A stretch of 64,000 nt of DNA from the human T2T-CHM13v2.0 reference genome, Homo sapiens, in assembly GCF_009914755.1 (NCBI RefSeq), contig NC_060935.1. One strand, given 5' to 3'. A program made the position numbers and the translations under genes. Below are positions 50,125 through 64,000 of the stretch, in pieces. Each line of letters starts with the position of its first letter. Position 1 is the stretch's first letter. The notes under the pieces were generated by a model. That model saw only the letters and a list, made by a program, of their open reading frames with translations. It did not search any database and had not been told where the DNA came from.

Positions 50125-51032
50125 CTTTGTGGTTTTATCTACTTTTGGTCTTTGATGATGGTGATGTACAGATGGGTTTTCGGTGTGGATGTCCTTTCTG
50201 TTTGTTAGTTTTCCTTCTAACAGACAGCACCCTCAGCTGCAGGTCTGTTGGAATACCCTGCCGTGTGAGGTGTCAGTGTGCCCCTGCTGGGGGGTGCCTC
50301 CCAGTTAGGCTGCTTGGGGGTCAGGGGTCAGGGACCCACTTGAGGAGGCAGTCTGCCCGTTCTCAGATCTCCAGCTGCGTGCTGGGAGAACCACTGCTCT
50401 CTTCAAAGCTGTCAGACAGGGACATTTAAGTCTGCAGAGGATACTGCTGTCTTTTTGTTTGTCTGTGCCCTGCCCCCAGAGGTGGAGCCTACAGAGGCAG
50501 GCTGGCCTCCTTGAGCTGTGGTGGGCTCCACCCAGTTGGAGCTTCCTGGCTGCTTTGTTTACCTAAGCAAGCCTGGGCAATGGTGGGCGCCCCTCCCCCA
50601 GCCTCGCTGCTGCCTTGCAGTTTGATCTCAGACTGCTGTGCTAGCAATCAGCGAGATTCCGTGGGCGTAGGACCCTCCGAGCCAGGTGTGGTATATAGTC
50701 TTGTGGTGCGCCGTTTTTTAAGCCGGTCCGAAAAGCGCAATATTCGGGTGGGAGTGACACGATTTTCCAGGTGTGTCCGTCACCCCTTTCTTTGACTCGG
50801 AAAGGGAACTCCCTGACCCCTTGCGCTTCCCAGGTGAGGCAATGCCTCGCCCTGCTTCGGCTCACGCATGGTGCGCGCACCCACTGGCCTGCGCCCACTG
50901 TCTGGCACTCCCTAGTGAGATGAACCCGGTACCTCAGATGGAAATGCAGAAATCACCCGTCTTCTGCGTCGCTCACGCTGGGAGCTGTAGACCGAAGCTG
51001 TTCCTATTCGGCCATCTTGGCTCCTCCCCCCC
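50125..51032 (-). promoter_or_regulatory. L1-B 5'UTR internal sense and antisense promoter with YY1 site
   Basis: CpG-rich 5'UTR; YY1 motif gccatcttg at 51011-51019. Confidence 0.8.
50580..50795 (+). CDS. L1 antisense ORF0 (71 aa, open) of L1-B
   Basis: MVGAPPPASLLPCSLISDCC...RCVRHPFL. Confidence 0.8.
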   Translation: MVGAPPPASLLPCSLISDCCASNQRDSVGVGPSEPGVVYSLVVRRFLSRSEKRNIRVGVTRFSRCVRHPFL

Positions 51033-51184
51033 AAAAACCAATATCTTAACCCAAAGCCCCCATGATCATAGGGGATGAAGAATGGGCGGCAACTATAAAG
51101 AATTTCATCCTTTGGCTTACACCACACAGATGACTAACAACTCTGCTCTTTTTATAAAAATATTGGCATATGGCCTCTTAGGCC

Positions 51185-51222
51185 CTTTGAATTATTATTC
51201 TCTCTTTGAATTATTATTCTCT
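51185..51222. repeat. Perfect 19-bp tandem duplication
   Basis: ctttgaattattattctct x2. Confidence 0.9.
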
Positions 51223-51633
51223 CTTTTACAGCACTGACCTCCTGGGAAAAAAACAAAAACTCTAGCCTTCTGAAACTAGTCACTTTGTTTTACAGTATCT
51301 TTTTTCTTACAACCTGTGACTTCCAACAGATTAAGCCAAAATCTTTGTTTTCTATTCCCTTGTATCCATAGATAACTAATGATCAGCAAGTAAGCAGAAA
51401 GCCCAACTTACAAACATAGTGCTATTTGGTATTCAACAAAAGAGAAGAACTAGGGAATGGTTGTTGAGTCAACTAACCAGCAACATCTGCCCTATGCCTC
51501 TATGTGGCAGGCACAATTCTAAACATATTATACTAATTCATTTAATCTTCACAAAAACCTAGAAGAGAAATATTATCACTGTCACTTTATGAATGAAGAA
51601 ACTGTGACACAGAGAGGTTAATTAAAAGCTTTC

Positions 51634-52077
51634 ATATGAATTTGCTAGGACTATCATAATCAAGTACTGCAACTGGGTGGTTTAAACCAAAATTTATTAT
51701 CTCACTATTTGGAGGTGAAAATTTCAAGATAAAGGTGTCAGAAGGGGTACTTCTTCTTAGGGATATGGGAGAGACTCTGTTCCATGCATCTCTCCTAGTT
51801 TCTGGTGGTTTTCTAGCAATATTGGGCATTCCTTTGATTAATGTATGGCCCCCGTCTCTGCCTTCATCTTCACATTGCATTCTCCTGTGCCTGTGTGTCT
51901 TTGTGTTAAAATTTCCCCTTTTTATAAGGACACCAGTCATATTGGATTAGGTCCACCATAATGGCATCATCTTAACTTAATAATCTGCAAAGACACTATT
52001 TCCATTAAGATCATATCACAGGTACTGAGGGTTAGGACTTTAACATCTTCTGGAGGGACACAATTCCACCCATAACA
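51634..52077 (-). mobile_element. MLT1B/C MaLR LTR
   Basis: ttttataaggacaccagtcatattggattagg...ggggttaggactttaacatc...cccataaca. Confidence 0.8.
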
Positions 52078-53149
52078 CCTTGGTCGGTGGGGCATCCAGG
52101 AATTGGCACACAGACAACTGCCTCCAGAACTTCTTTATTTTAACAACTACACTTTCCTTCTCTTCATTTTCAAAGTGACATTAGCTATGGTTTCCCTCTC
52201 TCTCAAGTCTTTCCACTGACATAATTTATTCTCCTCCTACTCAGGACTTTCATAACCAACAAAACAGCTGCTTTTAAGATCTTCTCTCAGGATTAAGATA
52301 TTTAAAAATGGTTATTGTATAACAAAGTTTGGTTGAGCTAAGTTGTCCTATGTTTTGAAAGATGGGTGTTTACTTATGAGAAATTCAAGGGATGTGCTGG
52401 GGTTTAGTTTTTCTCATAGCAAACTTAAAATACGGAAAGATAGAAACCCTTTTGATTTGTTTGGCTAAACACAGAGTGCATGCTCACAGCGTTAGGTGAG
52501 AATGGAATCTCTACTTTATTTTTATACAAACATTATGTGGACTCTGTGTTGGTGGTGATGGCTTAAAAATCTTACAGTGACAGGATTTACATGGCTGTGA
52601 GCATTTGTGCACAGCAGCAGGATGGCTCTAAGCACAGACTTTGGGTAAGAAAGATCTATACAATCACCAGCTAGTTGTTACCTGCCCTGCCCCTTCCTTT
52701 TTTTACTCTTTGTCTGAGGGCTTTCTCTTCCTGGCAAACCCTACTTTGCCCACCCATCCAGCATACTGGAAGTACTCTCCCCCAGATATTATTCTTCAAT
52801 ATATGACTGGCATGAGTCGCTATAAAAAATATCCCATCTCCACTGCTCCTTGAGTGGGAAAACTAAGGTGTGTTTCCACATGGGCTCCCTGAATTTCTTC
52901 AGCAAGATTAAAATCTAATTGCCTACATGGAACTAGCTTAATAATTCACTCTTTACTGGTTGCCTCCCCTTCTTTGTCTCACTTTTCCACCAGTAGGGTA
53001 TAGTATTTTTTTTAAATCTCCTATTAAATTATTTACTTTTGAATCCTCTTCTCGGAATCTGCTTCTGATGAAATCCTACTAAGATGATGGCTATGTGAAC
53101 TTAATAAATTTACTTAATTTCTCTATACCTCAGTTTCTACATCCTCCAA

Positions 53150-54100
53150 ATGGAATTGCTTAAAAGAAATTAACAACCTAAAGGGGCTTTCACTAGCCAA
53201 ATCTGGGACAACCTGAGCATCAAATAAACAATGGTCAAAACATATATTATTTACTGAATAATAAAAGCATCCTATGAGTCCATACTAACAATGAATAAAT
53301 AATTGTGGAAAAGAGGACGATTTTTCCTATGGTACAAAGATGCTAACAAGTATGGAAGGAATTGTGGAATTTGAAAATCACCATTTGGCATCATATTAAT
53401 AATTAATTTAGCTAAATTAGCATGCAGGTGAAAGTTTCTTGAGAAAGAGGACACTTGCATTTTCTCAAAGTACTCCTCAACAAATTACTTAATTACAAAT
53501 CAAGAAAGTATAACTTTATAGCAGAAAAACCTATCAGATGCCACCTTGATCAAATTATCAAAATTAACATTACCAGTAATTAGATAAATTGATGTACAGC
53601 TCAATAGATTATAAAAAGAGCACAATATCACTTTTGTCGTATTTCTGCCAAAATGCATAATCAAATCTAATCATGAAGAAATAGAAAATAAACTGAAATT
53701 ACAGGACATTTTCTAAAATAACTGACTGGATAGTAATCTTCAAAATTATCACATCAAGAAAGCCAAGGAAAGACTGAGAAACTTGCCAGGCACACAAAGA
53801 ATAAAGAGACATGCTGCAATGAACTGGATCCTTTTGTCATAAAGAGCATTATTGGGACAATTAGTAAAACTTCAATGGGGTCTGAGGTTAAGATGGTAGT
53901 AACACACCAGTATTAATTTGATGACTGTCATTTAGTTATATAGAAGAATATTCTTATTTGTAGAAAATATGCACTAAAGCACTGAGGGATGTTGAAGCAC
54001 TATGTCAGCAACTTATTTTCAACAGCTCAGGAAAAGTAAATGGTTTTCTTCTCTTCTTAGAGCTTTTCTGTAAGTTTAATATTATTTCAAGTTATTTTTT
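53150..54100 (+). mobile_element. Old L1MC4/5-like 3' region
   Basis: aatctaatcatgaagaaa, cattattgggacaatt, ttttctgtaagtttaatattatttc. Confidence 0.6.
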
Positions 54101-54249
54101 AAAATCTGGTTTATCTTCAGTCAACTATGCCTATTCTACCTGTATGGATAATATTTTCATGAGTTTCTTAATAAACTGGTGATCAGAAACTTATTTGCAC
54201 CTATTTACAAAATTAAAACATTTAAACAAAAAAATTAAGTTAATACATT

Positions 54250-55128
54250 TAAAACGCTTGGAGAAATTTTTCCTCCAATTATGATGAAGTAACAAGTCCT
54301 AGATATGTCCTCCTACCATAAATAACTAGAAAGATGGAAAAAAAGTACCAGAGTAGTGGGGAGAATCTGTTTCCAGACAATGCCTAGGACTGAGATTCCT
54401 AGGAGACTGGAAATAAAAAATATGAGTCATAGTTACTTCACCTTTCTACCTGGAGGCAATTTCTCAACTACAGTGCTGGCAGGAAAGCCCAAAGAACAAC
54501 AGTTTTGTTACATTGAGGAAAGAGAGATATAAATATGAGGGAGCTAAAATAGTCGGAATTTGCAAAGCAGAGAATCAGAGAAAAGGGTACTACACAGAAA
54601 AGGAGAGCAAATAAATCTTTGTTGGTTCTCCTTGACTCTTTTTCTGAATAAGAGGTGCATGCACAGAGTGATAATCCACAAGGCCTGGCATTGTATTACC
54701 AAGGAGATGAAAACTCAATTCCCAGGGTTCACAAGTTCCAATTAGACGGGGTAGTGAGACTTCACTGGTATCCTGGGTTATTCAGTAGAGACACAAGGAT
54801 AACACTTTAGTAGTAATGAAAAAGCAATCCTATAATAAAGGCCACTCTAGATGTACCCTTACAAAACTTCAAAACAAATCTCAAAATCATCAAGCTGGTT
54901 ATCAACAAATTTAACTATCTATAAAAACAAAGTTTGAAACTATTTAAACAAAGTCCCCAAATTCAAACACTCATATGCTCAGAACTCACAATGTCCAACA
55001 TTTGATAAAAAATTACCAGACATAAAAAGAAGCAGAAAATTGTGAGTCATAACTAAAAGAATACCCAATCAACAGGAAAAGATTTAGAAATGAAAGAGAT
55101 GATGAAATTATCACATAAGAACTTTAAA
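54250..55128 (+). mobile_element. Degenerate L1M 5'/ORF1-start region
   Basis: aaaattaccagacataaaaagaagcagaaaa...gatgatgaaattatcacataagaactttaaa. Confidence 0.5.
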
Positions 55129-55178
55129 CATGGAGAGTTCATCTCTACAAATATTTCTTTAAAATTAGCCAGGTATGG
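55129..55178 (+). mobile_element. Alu central fragment cut by L1PB
   Basis: catggagagttcatctctacaaat...aaaattagccaggtatgg. Confidence 0.6.
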
Positions 55179-55179
55179 A

Positions 55180-57990
55180 TTTTGTAGGAAAAATGGCAGA
55201 TAGGAGGCAGGACTAAATTGCAGCCCCTCCTCAGACAGACAGAGCAGCATGTGGAGACTCGCATCCGGACCTTTTTGATCCAAGAACTACTGCAGGAATG
55301 TACCAGAAAAGCTGAGAGAATCCACAGACCCTCTGAAGGAAATGGATTGCTCCTGCAGTACCCAAGAGACAACTCAAATGCAGCAAGGGCCCAAACTGCC
55401 CAAAAGAGGAAAGGGGAATCATTTACCCCTGAACGCACACCTTCACTGGGGAACCTGAAAGTCTAGATCGTGGGAGAAGGATTTGACCTTACCTGGAGCT
55501 GAGTCAATTTAGAGAGCCAAGCAAAATACAGGGGAAGAAGAAGCAGTGGAAAAAGCCCTGTGAATTCTCTGGGTCCCCAGGGAAGCCATTTCTGACTTGT
55601 CTCACAGGGGTCCTTGGGGAGGGCTGCCAGAGAAAGTGGGAAAAGACCACATAAAGAATGTAACCTCCATCTGAACTTTGTAACAATTCCAACTGAACAT
55701 GAAATCCCCTGGCCAGAACTCAGGGCAGGGTGTGCAGACTCGACAGACAGGGAGGCACAAAATCCCAGCTCACTTTCTCAGCCAGGTGGCTGGTAGCTGG
55801 GGCAAGTTGTCAGTCCTGCTAACCCACTGCCTGGAAACAAACTTGGTGCTGTTGGGGGGTATGGTGGAAGTGAGACCAGCATTTCAGGTTGCATGGGAGC
55901 TGGGTGAAGCCTGTAACTGCCAGCTTTCCCCCACTTCCCTGAAAACCTGTATGACACAGCACAGGCAGCCATCATCCTCCTGGAAACATAACTCCATTGA
56001 CCTAGGAACCACACCCCCATCCCCCACAGCAGTCACAGCAAGCCCCACCCAAGGAGAGTCTGAGATCAGATATGCCTAACCCTGCTCCCACCTGATGGTT
56101 CTTCCCTACCCACTCTGATAGCTGAATACAAAGGTCATATTTTTTTGAAGTTCCAGGGTCCCATCCGTCGCTTGATCCTACCTATACTACCACAACTAAT
56201 GCTGTCTTGAAAGTGCCACCTCCTAGCAGGAGGCCAACCAGCAAAAACTAGTTAATCAAACAACTACAACTACGGATACCTACAGAGTCCATTTCACCCC
56301 CCTGCCACCTCCACTGGAGCAGATGCTGGCATCCACACCTGCAAGACCCAAAGACTGCACATCACAGGCTCTGGGCAGACACCCCTCAGTACCAGCCTGG
56401 AGCCCGGTAGCCCTGGTGGGTGGCTAGACCCAGGAAAGAAATAACAATCACTGCAGTTCAGCTATCAAGAAGACACATCCCTAGAAAAAGGCAGAGAATA
56501 CTACCTCAAGGGAACACCATGTGAGACAAAAGAATTCTGAACAGCAGCCTTGAGCCCCAAATCTTCCATCTGACATGGCCTACCCAAATGAGAAAGAATC
56601 AGAAAAAACAATTGTGGTAATATGACAAAACAAGGTTAACACCCCTAAAAAATCACAGTAGCTCAGCTCACCAGCAATGGATTCAAACCAAGAAGAAATC
56701 CCTGAATTGCCTGAAAAAGAATTCAGAAAATTGATTATTAAGCTAATCAAGGAGGCACCAAAAAAAGGTGAAGTCCAAATTAAGGAAAAAAAAAAAAAAA
56801 GATACAACACATGAGGAGAGAACTTTTCAGTAAAATAGACAGCAAAAACACAAAACAATCACAACCTTAGGAAATAAAGGACACACTTAGAGAAATGCAA
56901 AATGTACCAGCAAGTCTCAACAATAGAATCAAACAAGCAGAAGAAAAAACTTCAGAGCTCAAAGACATGGTTTTAGAATTAACCCAATCCAATAAAGACA
57001 AAGAAGAAAATAACTTTAAAAAATAAATAAAGCCTCCAAGAAGTTTGGGATTACGTTAAACTACCAAACCTAAGAATAATTGGCATTCCTGAGGAAGAAG
57101 AGAAATCTAAAAGTTTGGAAAATATATTTGGGGGGATAATCAAGAAAAACTTCCCCAACCTTGCTAGTGACCTAGACATCCAAATACAAGAAGCTAAAGG
57201 AACACCTAGGAAATTCATTGCAAAAAGATCATCACTTAGGCACATAGTTATCAGGTTATCTAAAGTCTAGACAAAGGAAAGACTCTTAAGAGGTGAGCAG
57301 CAAAAGGATAAGGTAACCCATAAAGGAAAACCTATTAGAGTAACATCAGGTTTCCTACTGTACATCCTACAAGCTAGAGGGGATTGAGACTTTATCTTCG
57401 GCCTCCTTAAACAAAACAATTATCAGCCAAGAATTTTGTATCCAGTGAAAGTAAGCTTTATAAATGAAGAAAGGATACAGTTTTTTTTTCACACTAACAA
57501 ATGCTGAGAGAATTTGTCACGACAAAGACAGCACTATAAGAACTGCTAAAAAGGAGCTCTAAATCTTGAAACAAATCCTGGAAACTCATCAAAAGAAAAC
57601 CTCTTTAATGCATAAATCTCACAGGACCAATAAAACAAAAATACAATTAAAAAAAAACAAGGTATACAGGCAACAAACAGCACAGTGAATGGAATAGTAC
57701 TTCACATCTCAATACTAACAATGAATGTAAATAACTTAAATGTGCCACTTAAAAGAAACAGAATTTCAGAATGGATAAGAATTGACCAACCAAATATCTG
57801 CTGCCTTCAAGAGACTCACCTAGCACATAAGGATTCACATAACTTAAGGTAAAGGAGTGGAAAAAGATATTCCATGCAAACGGACACCAAAAGTAAGTAG
57901 TAAAAGCTATTCTTACATAAGACAAAACAAACTTTGAAGCAACAGCAGTTTAAAAAGACAAAAGGGGACACTATGTAATAATAAAAGGAC
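55180..57990 (+). mobile_element. Old L1PB/L1PBa-like 5'UTR, degenerate ORF1 and ORF2 start, interrupted by L1-C
   Basis: aatggcagataggaggcaggact 5' end; ORF1 remnant agcctccaagaagtttgggattacgttaaa; ORF2 start cacatctcaatactaacaatgaatgtaaat. Confidence 0.85.
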
Positions 57991-59011
57991 AGGGGTGGAG
58001 CCAAGATGGCCAAATAGGAACAGCTCCAGTCTAGAGCTCCCGGCGTGAACGACACAGAAGATGAATGATTTCTGCATTTCCAACTGAGGTCCCGGGTTCA
58101 TCCCACTGGGGATTGTCAGATAGTGGGTGCAGGACAGTAGGTGGAGCACACTGAGCATGAGCCGAAGCAGGGCGAGGCATCACCTCACCCAGGAAGCCCA
58201 AGGGGTCAGGGAATTCCCTTTCCTAGGAAAGGGGTGACAGACGGCACCTGAAAAATCGGGTCACTCCCACCCTAATACTGCACTTTTGCAATGGTCTTAG
58301 CAAACGGCACACCAGGAGATTGTATCCTGCACCTGGCTCAGAGGGTCCTAAGCCCATGGAGCCTCACTCATTGCTGGCACAGCAGTCTGAGATGAAACTG
58401 CAAGGTGGCAGCAAGGCTGGGGAAGGGGCGCCTGCCATTGCCCAGGCTTGAGTAGGTAAACAAAGCAGCAGGGAAGCTCGAACTGGGTGGAGCCCCCTGC
58501 AGCTCAAGGAGGCCTACCTGCCTCTCTAGACTCCATCTCTGGGGGCAGGGCATAGCCAAACTAAAGGCAGCAGAAACCTCTGCAGACTTAAATGTCCCTG
58601 TCTGATAGCTTTGAAGAGAGTATTGGTTCTCCCAGCAAGCATCTGGAGATCTGAGAATGGACAGACTGCCTCCTCAAGTGGGTCCCTGACCCCCAAGTAG
58701 CCTAACTGAGAGGCACCCCCCAGTAGGGGCAGAGTGACACCTCAAATGGCCGGGTACTCCTCTGGGACAAAACTTCCAGATAACCATCAGGCAGCAACAT
58801 TTGCTGTTCACCAATATCGGCTGTTCTGCAGCCTCTGCTGCTGATACCCAGGCAAACAGGTTCTGGAGTGGACCTCCGGCAAACTCCAACAGACCTGCAG
58901 CTGAGGGTCCTGACTGTTAGAAGGAAAACTAACAAACAGAAAGGACATCCACACCAAAACCCCATCTGTATGTCACCATCATCAAAGACCAAAGGTAGAT
59001 AAACCACAAAG

Positions 59012-60028
59012 ATGGGGAAAAAACAGAGCAGAAAAACTGAAAATTCTAAAAATCAGAGTGCCTCTCCTCCCACAAAGGAACGCAGCTCCTTACCAGTAAT
59101 GGAACAAAGCTGGATGGAGAATGTCTTTGACGAGTTGAGAGAAGAAGGCTTCAGACTATCAAACTACTCCGAGCTAAAGGAGGAAGTTTGAAGCCATGGC
59201 AAAGAAGTTAAAAACCTTGAAAAAAGATTAGACGGATGGCTAACTAGAAAAACCAATGCGGAGAAGTCCTTAAAGGACCTGATGGAGCTGACAACCACAG
59301 CATGAGAACTACAAGACAAATGCACAAGCCTCAGTAGCCAATTCGATCAACTGGAAGAAAGGGTATCAGTGATGGAAGATCAAATGAATGAAATGAAGCA
59401 AGAAGAGAAGTTTAGAGCAAAAAGAATAAAAAGAAATGAACAAAGCCTCCAAGAAATATGGGACTATGTGAAAAGGCCAAATCTACATCTGATTGGTGTA
59501 CCTGAAAGTGATGGGGAGAATGGAACCAAGTTGGAAAACACTCTGCAGGATATTATCCAGGAGAACTTCCCCAATCTAGCAGGGCAGGCCAACATTCAGA
59601 TTCAGGAAATACAGAGAATGCCACAAAGAAACTCCTCGAGAAGAGCAACTCCAAGACACATAATTGTCACATTCACCAAAGATGAAATGAAGGAAAAAAT
59701 GTTAAGGGCAGCCAGAGAGAAAGGTCGGGTTACCCACAAAGGGAAGTCCATCAGACTAACAGCTAATCTCTCAGCAGAAACTCTACAAGCAAGAAGAGAG
59801 TGGGGGCCAATATTCAACATTCTTAAAGGAAAGAATTTTCAACCCAGAATTTTATATCAAGCCAAACTAAGCTTCATAAGTGAAGGAGAAATAAAATACT
59901 TTACAGACAAGCAAATGCTGAGAGATTTTGTCACCACCAGGCCTGCCCTAAAAGAGCTCCTGAAGGAAGCACTAAACATGGAAAGGGACAACTCGTACCA
60001 GCCACTGCAAAAACATACCAAATTGTAA
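59012..60028 (+). pseudogene. L1-C ORF1 with premature stops
   Basis: ATG at 59012; TGA at 59189 and ~59302; C-terminal 219 aa open. Confidence 0.9.
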
Positions 60029-60091
60029 AGACCATCGAGGCTAGGAAGAAATTGCATCAACTAACGAGCAAAATCACCAGCTAACATCATA

Positions 60092-63899
<3,808 letters not shown>

Positions 63900-64000
63900 A
63901 CAGTGAGAACACACAGACACAGGAAGGGGAACATCACACACCGGGGCCTGTTGTGGGGAGGGGGGAGGGATAGCATTAGGAGATATACCTAATGTAAATG

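Overview
AT-rich, CpG-poor primate DNA, most likely human or African great ape, because it carries L1PA2 and AluY. I can support no cellular protein-coding exon, RNA gene or CRISPR array; every long ORF is LINE-1-derived. Three full-length L1s in alternating orientation dominate the window: L1-A (L1PA2, +, 21144-27207), L1-B (L1PA2, -, 45007-51032) and L1-C (older, L1PA4-6-like, +, 57991 to beyond 64000). Around them lie twin-primed and nested L1 fragments, Alus, L2/MIR, MaLR/ERV LTRs and hAT fossils. The main observation is that the central L1-B shares clusters of private substitutions with each inverted neighbour: 9 sites with L1-A, and 5 sites with L1-C, which belongs to a different subfamily. 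At these sites A and C, which are direct repeats, do not match each other. This suggests orientation-dependent, short-tract gene conversion in an L1 triad that is also a substrate for recombination-driven (NAHR) inversion. Subfamily names come from remembered diagnostics and need confirming with RepeatMasker/Dfam.
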